In this document: positions 1-7,364 of the stretch, piece after piece
How the letters are laid out: every line of letters begins with the position of its first letter
How positions within the stretch are numbered: position 1 is the first letter of the stretch
Virus record (IMG/VR): IMGVR_UViG_3300048606_000041
Coordinates: 1-45,467 of that record
Length of the DNA: 45,467 nt
Source: a virus
Taxonomy: Duplodnaviria; Caudoviricetes
Strand: one strand, 5' to 3'
The notes under the pieces: generated by a model
Told to the model about the DNA's origin: nothing
Database searches by the model: none
The model's input: only the letters and a program-made list of their open reading frames with translations
Program-made: the position numbers and the translations under genes

Positions 1-370
1 TCGGGGATGCCGTCAGGGATGCAGTCTGGGATGTCGTCAGGGATGTCGTCTGGGATGACGTCTGGGATGCCGTCAGGGATGACGTCGAGCAGGAGGTGCG
101 CCGTGGATGACGGCAAGTGCGTCTGGGGTGCCGTCGGGGATGCCGTCAGGGGTGCCGTCTGGGGTGCCGTCAGGGGTGCCGTCGGGGATGACGTCTGGGA
201 TGTCGTCGGGGATGACGTCAGGGATGCCGTCTGGGATGACGTCTGGGATGCCGTCAGGGATGACGTCGAGCAGGAGGTGCGCCGTGGATGACGGCAAGTG
301 CGTCAGGGATGACGTCTGGGGTGCCGTCGGGGATGACGTCTGGGATGCCGTCAGGGATGTCGTCGGGCCT
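1..370 (+). repeat. Distal part of a hierarchical repeat array: 12-bp units GTC(T/A/G)GG G(A/G)T G(C/A/T)C separated by invariant 37-bp junctions at 84-120 and 265-301
   Basis: Read directly; junction GTCGAGCAGGAGGTGCGCCGTGGATGACGGCAAGTGC is identical to the copy at 45316-45352. Confidence 0.97.
103..291 (+). CDS. Array minigene, 62 aa: MDDGKC-(V[WRG][DG][ADV])x12-VEQEVRRG
   Basis: AGGAGG (91-96) lies 6 nt before GTG (103); this GTG overlaps the previous unit's TGA (108-110); own TGA (289-291) overlaps the next GTG (284). Confidence 0.7.
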   Translation: MDDGKCVWGAVGDAVRGAVWGAVRGAVGDDVWDVVGDDVRDAVWDDVWDAVRDDVEQEVRRG

Positions 371-415
371 GAAGCCGTCTACTTGATGGCGCGCAGGACG
401 GCTATAAAGTCCTGA
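284..415 (+). CDS. Terminal, truncated array minigene (43 aa, 5 tetrapeptide units) running into the convergent methyltransferase gene
   Basis: AGGAGG 272-277, GTG 284; repeat pattern ends at ~370. Confidence 0.5.
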   Translation: MDDGKCVRDDVWGAVGDDVWDAVRDVVGPEAVYLMARRTAIKS

Positions 416-1041
416 GACCAGTCCCATGTCTCCTGGTACAGTCGGCGCTGCTCCTCTTGCTTGGCGAGCATCCACTTCTGCTTCTCATCACTACTGTCGG
501 CGCGCAGAGCCATGGCCCTGTCCTCGTCGGTCTCTGGCTTGATTAGTATGGTTGGGATGACGGATTCGGTTACCCAGTTGGCCGAGCAGACGTAGTGACC
601 AACGGTCAGTTGCTGGCGCCCCTCGACGGAGAGGTAGCCCATCTGCTCGGCAGGGATAAAACGCCGGTGCGTCGGGTCCTGGAAGGCGCGAACGTTCTTG
701 AGTGCGGGCCACTGTAGATCGAACACGGCACCAGGCTTCGCTACTCGGTACGCTTCGCTGAAAAAGAACAGGAAGGCGTCGATGCGGGTGGCATTGTAGG
801 CCTTTATGTAGAGCGCGTCGATGTGCTCGATCACATGGCAGGCGCGCAGAGCGTCGACAGAGGAGTCCTTCCATGGCCACTGGGCTCCATTCCACAGGTC
901 GAAGGTGAAGTCGGTTACGCCGGGCACTACGTCCACCCCCTTGTATCCAGGCGCAGGACGTGGGCCGCTGCCTAGATCGAGCTTGAACTCATCCGGCTGC
1001 TGGTAGAGGACGGCTTTGGATGTGCGTTTCTTGGTTGCCAT
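379..1041 (-). CDS. Class I SAM-dependent methyltransferase (small-molecule/glycan type)
   Basis: KLDLGSG motif I, GVD, DSSVDALRACHVIEH, YRVAKPGA and DPTH motifs. Confidence 0.85.
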   Translation of the reverse strand: MATKKRTSKAVLYQQPDEFKLDLGSGPRPAPGYKGVDVVPGVTDFTFDLWNGAQWPWKDSSVDALRACHVIEHIDALYIKAYNATRIDAFLFFFSEAYRVAKPGAVFDLQWPALKNVRAFQDPTHRRFIPAEQMGYLSVEGRQQLTVGHYVCSANWVTESVIPTILIKPETDEDRAMALRADSSDEKQKWMLAKQEEQRRLYQETWDWSQDFIAVLRAIK

Positions 1042-1044
1042 TGA

Positions 1045-1827
1045 CTAGTAAACAATCCCGGTTTGGACGTCCATGTGGCCGCATCGCACGCGCGTATCGC
1101 ACGCGAAGCGTAGCCCAGCATGGCGCGCCTTGGCGCAGAAGCTGAGGTCCTGAGTCATGCTGTTGGAGGTCTCGAACCATGGCTGAGGAACCTTGCGAAA
1201 GGACTCCGCACGGAACAGCGTGCAGCCCATGGCCAGCCCGTTGCACTCCACCACGCTCCCGCCGTTCTTCATGGCCGCCACGATGTCTCGCGGCTTGAAG
1301 TCGAGCACGCCTGTGCGCGCGTACTCGGCTGGGTCCCCGTAGCATTGAGGAGCAGTGAACCCATCAGACTTGAGAAAGTACAGGCCACCTACCGCGTCGA
1401 AGGGACCCATCTCGATCGATTCGAGAAGCAACTGGACCGCCTCTGGCGGAGGCAACGTGTCGTCTTCCAACGTTAGAATGTAACGCCACTTGCCTAGGTC
1501 TGGGTGGGACAGGATGGCCTGAACCTGCTCGCTGTACGCCTTCCCCACCTCGGCGTTCGTCACATGGAAAAGCGCCCGCTTTTGGTTCATGCTCCACTGC
1601 AGCGCGCTCAGTGCCTGAACGAACTTTACGTGCAGCATCGGCGAACGGCTCGGGATTACCACCGACATGGAGTTGTCCCGGTAGGACGACTTGGGAACGT
1701 GCTCGATCAGTTGGTACCCGCGCATGCCCTTGAAGGCTTCTTCAGTAGCCACGTGGTCCCGTGGAACTGTGCCATCAAGCGTCTTGTCTTTCGGTACCGA
1801 AAACTGTTGCGCCTTCGGTTTTCTCAC
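1045..1827 (-). CDS. GT-A fold (family 2-like) glycosyltransferase
   Basis: YILTLEDD (DxD-like), VGGLY, GLAMGCTLF, PQPWF, QDLSFC, CGH motifs. Confidence 0.8.
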   Translation of the reverse strand: MRKPKAQQFSVPKDKTLDGTVPRDHVATEEAFKGMRGYQLIEHVPKSSYRDNSMSVVIPSRSPMLHVKFVQALSALQWSMNQKRALFHVTNAEVGKAYSEQVQAILSHPDLGKWRYILTLEDDTLPPPEAVQLLLESIEMGPFDAVGGLYFLKSDGFTAPQCYGDPAEYARTGVLDFKPRDIVAAMKNGGSVVECNGLAMGCTLFRAESFRKVPQPWFETSNSMTQDLSFCAKARHAGLRFACDTRVRCGHMDVQTGIVY

Positions 1828-1875
1828 TGTACCCTCATATCGGGCCGATATGGCCCCAACAGAGGGAGAAAGTCA

Positions 1876-2070
1876 ATGGCACAGACATTCGGGCCGCCGC
1901 CGTGCACGGGGGACAGCAAGTGGCTACTGATTCACTCGAACGGGAGTGAGAAGGTGGTCGAGGCTCATACCTGCTTTGAGGCCTGCGCAAGGGCTGGATG
2001 GGCGATGAGCGAGGTCATCACGGCCCGCCCCTACGGGATGCCCCCCGAGCTGGTAGTGGTGAAGTCATGA
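1876..2070 (+). CDS. Hypothetical protein, 64 aa
   Basis: AGAGGGAG upstream of ATG 1876; ATGA overlap with next gene. Confidence 0.55.
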   Translation: MAQTFGPPPCTGDSKWLLIHSNGSEKVVEAHTCFEACARAGWAMSEVITARPYGMPPELVVVKS

Positions 2071-2669
2071 GCCCCTCCACGACTCCGGTACGATACGAGT
2101 GGGTTGATGGAAAGCCGCGCCGTCGAGCGGAGCCCCTTGCCGTCTGGCCAACGCCGATGTTGATCGAGCCCGCCTGGATTACCTGCCTCTCGTGGGTTAT
2201 GGCTTGGAGCGCCTGTTGTTTCGTGCTACTCAGCCTCTTGCTGGGGTGCGGCTCAGACGCAGGAGGTTCCCCCCTCTCCTCCGACGATGAGCCGTGCCCT
2301 GGCACTGTTGAGGGCCCTCCTGGGCCACAGGGGGAACCGGGTACAGATGGGGAGGATGGCCAGGACGGTGTCGGTGGCGCTGACGCCGTCAGCGGCGTGC
2401 GCAAGTCGATGCTCTGCCAACTCGACGACCACCTGACGTTCGTCTCAGCGTACCTCTGGGACGTCGGTGGTGCCGACGAGGAGAATTGGGACTCGCAAGA
2501 CGTGGGCCTCTGCTTCATCACGGAGGGAACCTACTCGCAGACACATCCAGTCATCGGCGCGACGTGCAGCTTGCTGTCGCCGCGCTTTCTGGGCCTCGTC
2601 TACCTGGACTTCAGCACTGACCCGCCAACGGCGTCGGGCGCGTTGTCGGGTCGCATGAACTGCTACTAG
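2067..2669 (+). CDS. Putative lipoprotein/membrane protein with short collagen-like repeat
   Basis: Hydrophobic stretch ending LLLGC (lipobox-like); GPPGPQGEPGTDGEDGQDG Gly-X-Y run; ATGA coupling at 2067. Confidence 0.65.
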   Translation: MSPSTTPVRYEWVDGKPRRRAEPLAVWPTPMLIEPAWITCLSWVMAWSACCFVLLSLLLGCGSDAGGSPLSSDDEPCPGTVEGPPGPQGEPGTDGEDGQDGVGGADAVSGVRKSMLCQLDDHLTFVSAYLWDVGGADEENWDSQDVGLCFITEGTYSQTHPVIGATCSLLSPRFLGLVYLDFSTDPPTASGALSGRMNCY

Positions 2670-3145
2670 TCCTGAAAGGTCTGATAGCTGTAAAGGGCAG
2701 CGTTGGCTGACCCGGGTGAGCAGGTAATATCAACTGTCATGTCGCCGGCATTGGCCTGATCGTGTTCGTATACGAACAAGCCGGAAGTTACGGGGCCGCT
2801 AACTAAGTCCCCATCGTAGAACCCTAGCAAGTCAGACTGGGTCTGTACGAACCCGTTCATTGCCGTGGTCGTTAGTCTAAAGTTGCAGGAGTTTGCGAAT
2901 AGCGGATTCGGCTCCGGAGTGTCTACATGCACTGTATAGCTGAGTCGGCTGAAGTTAGAGTAGGCTGTTACCGGGAAGGATATAGTCCCTGAGTTGCCTG
3001 AGGCTGAGTAGAACTGAGCGTACAGTGGGCTTTTGACGTTCCCGAGATCAGGCTCCGTCTCGGGCGGCGACCATTGCTGGCATCCGAAGACGGATGCGGC
3101 GACTAGAACGGATAGGGCTGTATATTGCATGATGCAATATGCCAC
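2666..3145 (-). CDS. Putative lipoprotein
   Basis: Signal-like ALSVLVAASVFGC lipobox; AT-richer codon usage than neighbours; start may be 3130. Confidence 0.65.
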   Translation of the reverse strand: MAYCIMQYTALSVLVAASVFGCQQWSPPETEPDLGNVKSPLYAQFYSASGNSGTISFPVTAYSNFSRLSYTVHVDTPEPNPLFANSCNFRLTTTAMNGFVQTQSDLLGFYDGDLVSGPVTSGLFVYEHDQANAGDMTVDITCSPGSANAALYSYQTFQD

Positions 3146-3161
3146 ACCCGGAGGGTGCGCA

Positions 3162-6116
3162 TCACCCAGAAACGCCGTTCCTGAACTGCATCATTGGTAG
3201 CAAGAACGCTTGCGCCGTAGCGCTGGTAATGATTTGTGCACTCCCAATGGTGGAAGGCGGCGTCCCTGTGGCTAGAAATCCAAATAGAGGGGCTATTCCG
3301 CATGCAACAGCAGTACTCTGTGTGACACCGGCAGTGCCAAAGAAATCATTGCCAGCGCCTAATACGCGCTGGATGCTCCAGGCAGAGACGGCGTTGATGG
3401 TATTGGCTGTCGAGAAAACGAATCCCATCCAATACTGGACCCCGTCCGACAGGACGGGCTGAGAAGACCACATAGAACTATGGACAGTGTAGTAGCGGCC
3501 TCCCTGCCAGGAGTTGTTTCTTAGTGCGCTGGCCGTGGAGTTGATGGTCGTGCTCGATATTCCGCTGCTGAATGAGTTGATCAGACTCAGCTGCGTGCTG
3601 TTAGCTAGTGTGTATAGGCCGCCGCGCATCGTGAGGCCCCATGACACGGTGTTTTGTGTGCCCGTGCCCACAGCGCCCCTGACTAGGAAGTCCAGGGTTC
3701 CCAGGGTCATTCTCCCCTTGAAAGGACCGTGGATGTCTATCGGGAATACCAAGAAGCTGCTGTTCGAGTTGATGATGTCGGCGACACCGTTGCCGCCGGT
3801 GTTCCAGTTCCTCCAGTGGGTCACGCCGCCGCCTACGCTCGCGGTGACCTCAACCCCGCGCCCCTCTGCGTCGTTGCTGGTGGCCACGCCGAACGTGACC
3901 CCGTTGCCGTTGACGAAGTTGATCTTGGAGATCTGAAAACCTCCTGTCGTTGTTATGTTAGCGGTCACCCTCATCATGGCTGTAGCTCTAACCGACGAGC
4001 CATTGATGTCGAAGACAACGTTGTTCACGGAGGCGGACGCCGCTCCTGCCGTTACGGCGGTCCCGTTACTAAACACGACGGTGTTATCGGAGACTGTGGA
4101 GCCACTGGCCGCGATAGCTACACCGCCGCCACCGCCTGCGTCAACGCTGGCCAGAAGCGTGGCCGCGCCAGCCGCCGTCGACAGCGAGAAGGTAACGTTG
4201 CTCGCGTTGCTGAATGCTAGGCGTGTGACGCTGGCGCTGTTGCCTCCGATGTGCGACGCGAGCCAAGACTGCTGAGCAGCGCTGGCCGTTATGCGCATGC
4301 TGGCGCCTGTGGTGTCCAGGCCGAAGCTTACGTTGTTGGAATCGCCGAAGCTGAGGGCACTGGTGCCGATTACACCGCTGACACCACCCAGGATGTTGCG
4401 CACGTGGTTGGCGCTGACGGTCAGGGTCGAGTTGTTCTGGCCAAAGGAGAAGCCGTTCGAGTTGCCGTAGTTCCACGCGCTCAGGAGCGACGTGGCGCCT
4501 CCCGCTCCGAAGCTAATGCTGGCCGCCGCGCGGACTGTGGCGCCAGAGGCATTCGTGGATACCGCGAAGCCGACGTTGTTCACACCGGTAGTGAAGGCTA
4601 GGACCGTGGCGTTTACGCTGCTGCCGTTGGCTCCGGTGACGTTGAGGAAGGGCTGTCCCGTGACCGTCGACCCATTCAAACCGAACGACATGTTGTTGCT
4701 GTTCGAGAAGACGACTTGACCGAGCGCTACGCTGGTCGTTCCGGCGCTGATGCTGCCCGCTGCCGCACCGCCTACGCTGGCCGTGACGGTCGATCCATTC
4801 ATTCCGAAGGACACGCCGTTGCTGTTGCTGAAGACGATGGTGCCGGCGCTCTGACTGGAACCCGCGGCGCTGATGGCCGCCCCGCCAGCTGCAGCTGCCA
4901 CGCTAGCGAATAGAGTGGCCGCGTTGACCGCCGTACTCAGGCTGAACGTGACGTTGGAAGCATTCTGGAAGGCGAGCCGCGTGACACTTGAGACGCTCTG
5001 CCCAGCCACGTGCGAGAGCAGGCCAATCTGGGGGTCTGCGGTGCTGGCGACGGTTGCGCTAGCCGTTAAAGTCGACCCGTTCAGGCCGAACGTGACGTTG
5101 TTCGCGTTAGAGAAGACTACCGTGCCATTGGTTACGGTCGAAGCTCCGGCTGCCACTCCACGCGGAGCCGCATAGTTCGCGGTTATCTGAGGTATTATAC
5201 CAGACCCGGCGACGATAGACCCGGTCGCTGACCAGGACAGGCCGTTAGAGTCGATGAACTGAAAGGCCTGGGCATTGATCGTCGATGTGCCGACTATGAC
5301 GCCGACCCGGGCCGCGCCCAATAAGGAGTTCCCGCTTAGCCTCCAAGCCACGTTCGCGGAAGATACCTGGGCATTGAAGAGGGTGTTCAGCAGCGGGAGG
5401 AACAGCGTCCCGCTGGACATGAGCGACCCGGTAGCGTTCGTGATGCTGCCAGTCTGGGACGCTGCGAACGGGGACGCGCTGACCGCTCGTATGTACGCTC
5501 CAATCGCCGTGCTGGCCACAGTGGCCCCGCCGCTCGCCACGCCCGCGATGAACGAGACGACGACAGCCTCCCCCTCGGTGAACGGGTTGACATGACTGGA
5601 CTCGACAGGCGTGACCCCGAGGTCCCAGTACGCCCCGTTGTCCGTCATCGTGTTCAGATTGAACCGGACGAACCGGCCTGGGTTGATGGCGTCTGAGAGA
5701 GTGACCACGCCAATGGGGGTCGTTATGCTGCCCTGCATGACGTCGAGCCAGGCGACGGCACTCGTCAGGCGCGAGTTGAGTTCCGACAGGCGGATGGTGG
5801 TCGCCGCGTTCTGTGTCGCGTTGTCGAGCCGTATGCGCCCTGACGTCGGGTCAGCCGCCGCCGTGTTGGTCGAGAAGTAGTAGCTGAGCGGGTTCGCTGA
5901 CGGCGCGTTGTCGGCGACCTGCAGGAATATCTCGTTCAGCTTCTCCCGGTTCGCCTTCAGGCTGGGGAATACCTCGCGGTTGAGGTAGTCCATCAGGTTG
6001 GGGCCTGACGGGTCCCCGGTGAAGGGGCGGACTGCGCGGACTACGCCGGCACGGGTCGCGCTGAATCCGTCGACCCGTTGGGACTGCGCGAGCTGGCGGT
6101 TGCTGCAGGTAACCAT
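3162..6116 (-). CDS. Tail fibre / receptor-binding protein, 984 aa
   Basis: S/T/A/G/N-rich; repeated F-x-N-x-N-x-V-[ST]-FG-x-NGSTVTAS units; distal position in the structural operon. Confidence 0.75.
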   Translation of the reverse strand: MVTCSNRQLAQSQRVDGFSATRAGVVRAVRPFTGDPSGPNLMDYLNREVFPSLKANREKLNEIFLQVADNAPSANPLSYYFSTNTAAADPTSGRIRLDNATQNAATTIRLSELNSRLTSAVAWLDVMQGSITTPIGVVTLSDAINPGRFVRFNLNTMTDNGAYWDLGVTPVESSHVNPFTEGEAVVVSFIAGVASGGATVASTAIGAYIRAVSASPFAASQTGSITNATGSLMSSGTLFLPLLNTLFNAQVSSANVAWRLSGNSLLGAARVGVIVGTSTINAQAFQFIDSNGLSWSATGSIVAGSGIIPQITANYAAPRGVAAGASTVTNGTVVFSNANNVTFGLNGSTLTASATVASTADPQIGLLSHVAGQSVSSVTRLAFQNASNVTFSLSTAVNAATLFASVAAAAGGAAISAAGSSQSAGTIVFSNSNGVSFGMNGSTVTASVGGAAAGSISAGTTSVALGQVVFSNSNNMSFGLNGSTVTGQPFLNVTGANGSSVNATVLAFTTGVNNVGFAVSTNASGATVRAAASISFGAGGATSLLSAWNYGNSNGFSFGQNNSTLTVSANHVRNILGGVSGVIGTSALSFGDSNNVSFGLDTTGASMRITASAAQQSWLASHIGGNSASVTRLAFSNASNVTFSLSTAAGAATLLASVDAGGGGGVAIAASGSTVSDNTVVFSNGTAVTAGAASASVNNVVFDINGSSVRATAMMRVTANITTTGGFQISKINFVNGNGVTFGVATSNDAEGRGVEVTASVGGGVTHWRNWNTGGNGVADIINSNSSFLVFPIDIHGPFKGRMTLGTLDFLVRGAVGTGTQNTVSWGLTMRGGLYTLANSTQLSLINSFSSGISSTTINSTASALRNNSWQGGRYYTVHSSMWSSQPVLSDGVQYWMGFVFSTANTINAVSAWSIQRVLGAGNDFFGTAGVTQSTAVACGIAPLFGFLATGTPPSTIGSAQIITSATAQAFLLPMMQFRNGVSG

Positions 6117-6117
6117 T

Positions 6118-6459
6118 TCACGGGTTATCGATCGCGGAGATGCCCGAGTACCGAACGAATACGGTCTCTGGCGCGTTCACCAGTACGGTTCCAACGCCTA
6201 CCCAGTGCCCCGTCAGGCGCTCCGGCTTGCGCGCATTGAAGTCGAGATGGAAGTCCCCTACGCTGTCCTTGGCAATGATGCTGGAGAACCCGGCGGGTGA
6301 AGTGGTGACTGGGCCGATGGTGGTATACGTCCATTGCAATTCAGTCCCGTCGACGCCTTCGCGCAGCCAGAACTCCACGAATACTGGGTCCGCGTCGGCA
6401 CCCGCTGCGTCAGTGAACTTCTGACTGAAGCGGTGAACTTCACCGATCTCGATGCTCAT
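6118..6459 (-). CDS. Putative virion structural protein
   Basis: Tightly coupled ORF in the tail operon. Confidence 0.6.
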   Translation of the reverse strand: MSIEIGEVHRFSQKFTDAAGADADPVFVEFWLREGVDGTELQWTYTTIGPVTTSPAGFSSIIAKDSVGDFHLDFNARKPERLTGHWVGVGTVLVNAPETVFVRYSGISAIDNP

Positions 6460-6881
6460 GTCAGGGTCATGCTCGCTTCCACGGTCAGGGCCCCCGTGGG
6501 CCCCATGCGTAGAATGAAGGTGTTGAGGCGCTGCAGTCCTATAGTCGTCACGGTCACGGAGACAGACGGCAACTCGATATCCCCGCCGCCCCCCACTGCC
6601 GAGATGGTGCCCGTCAGACAGACCGCGCTATCCTCGTCGAGCAGGCGGAAGTTGTTCGCGTTGCCGAGCACCGCTACCGCCGCGTTCGTGATGGGCGGAC
6701 CCGTGACGATGATGCTGTCCGAGAAGGCAGAGGCGAACGGCGTTGCGCCCAGCGTGAAAGTCACCAGGTTCAGGTTCGTCTGGCGGATGACAAGCGCCGC
6801 GGAAGAGCCCGTCGAGTCGATGGCCGTTGCGAAGCCATTGAGCATGAAGGCCCGGGTGGGCAGCGTGAGAGCTAGGGTCAC
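6456..6881 (-). CDS. Putative virion structural protein
   Basis: GTGA/ATGA overlaps on both sides; beta-rich with GNANNFRL...GGGGD motif. Confidence 0.65.
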   Translation of the reverse strand: MTLALTLPTRAFMLNGFATAIDSTGSSAALVIRQTNLNLVTFTLGATPFASAFSDSIIVTGPPITNAAVAVLGNANNFRLLDEDSAVCLTGTISAVGGGGDIELPSVSVTVTTIGLQRLNTFILRMGPTGALTVEASMTLT

Positions 6882-7348
6882 GCCGAGAGCGCAATCGTTG
6901 CGTTGTTGAGTAGCAAGTCCGTGGCCGCTGCTTTGCTCGTGGACTTGTGTGGGTTCAGGGCGATGGCCACGCGGAAGATTGTCGGCACTTCCAAAGCGTT
7001 CGTGTACCTAAACCGGATGTCTTTGAACATGCCGACGTAGACCTCCTCATCGTTGACGGCGAAAGCAGGGGCCGTCCCGTCGGCTGTCGTGGCGTTATAG
7101 AAGACGGTCCAGGTAGTCCCCTTATCATCTGAGAACTCACCCACGATGGCGCCAGTCCCTCCACCTAGGACACTGCCGATGGCCAAAACGAACTGAAGCC
7201 ACTGCAAGCCCAGCAGATGGAAACTCCCTCCCGCTGGCGTTTGGGTGGAGGGGAAAGCGACGGTGCTGTCAAACAGCGTCACCGTGCCGGAGATCGTGGG
7301 CGTGCCGCCCGCGTAGGTGATGATCGTCTGACCGTTTGAGCCCATCAT
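6878..7348 (-). CDS. Putative virion structural protein
   Basis: Start re-set to ATG 7348 just after the upstream stop; beta-strand pattern. Confidence 0.6.
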   Translation of the reverse strand: MMGSNGQTIITYAGGTPTISGTVTLFDSTVAFPSTQTPAGGSFHLLGLQWLQFVLAIGSVLGGGTGAIVGEFSDDKGTTWTVFYNATTADGTAPAFAVNDEEVYVGMFKDIRFRYTNALEVPTIFRVAIALNPHKSTSKAAATDLLLNNATIALSA

Positions 7349-7364
7349 ACAGAAGTCTCTTCTT

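Noticed and set aside
1-370. CRISPR array (37-bp repeat with a small hairpin)
   Set aside because: Intervening segments are 144-168 bp of internal 12-bp tandem units rather than unique 30-40-bp spacers, and no cas genes were seen.
7-475. Alternative-frame repeat ORFs (MPSG/MTSG on +, IPDG/TPDG on -)
   Set aside because: Any stop-free 12-bp repeat is open in several frames; only the V-W-D-A frame has RBS, start and stop aligned to each junction.
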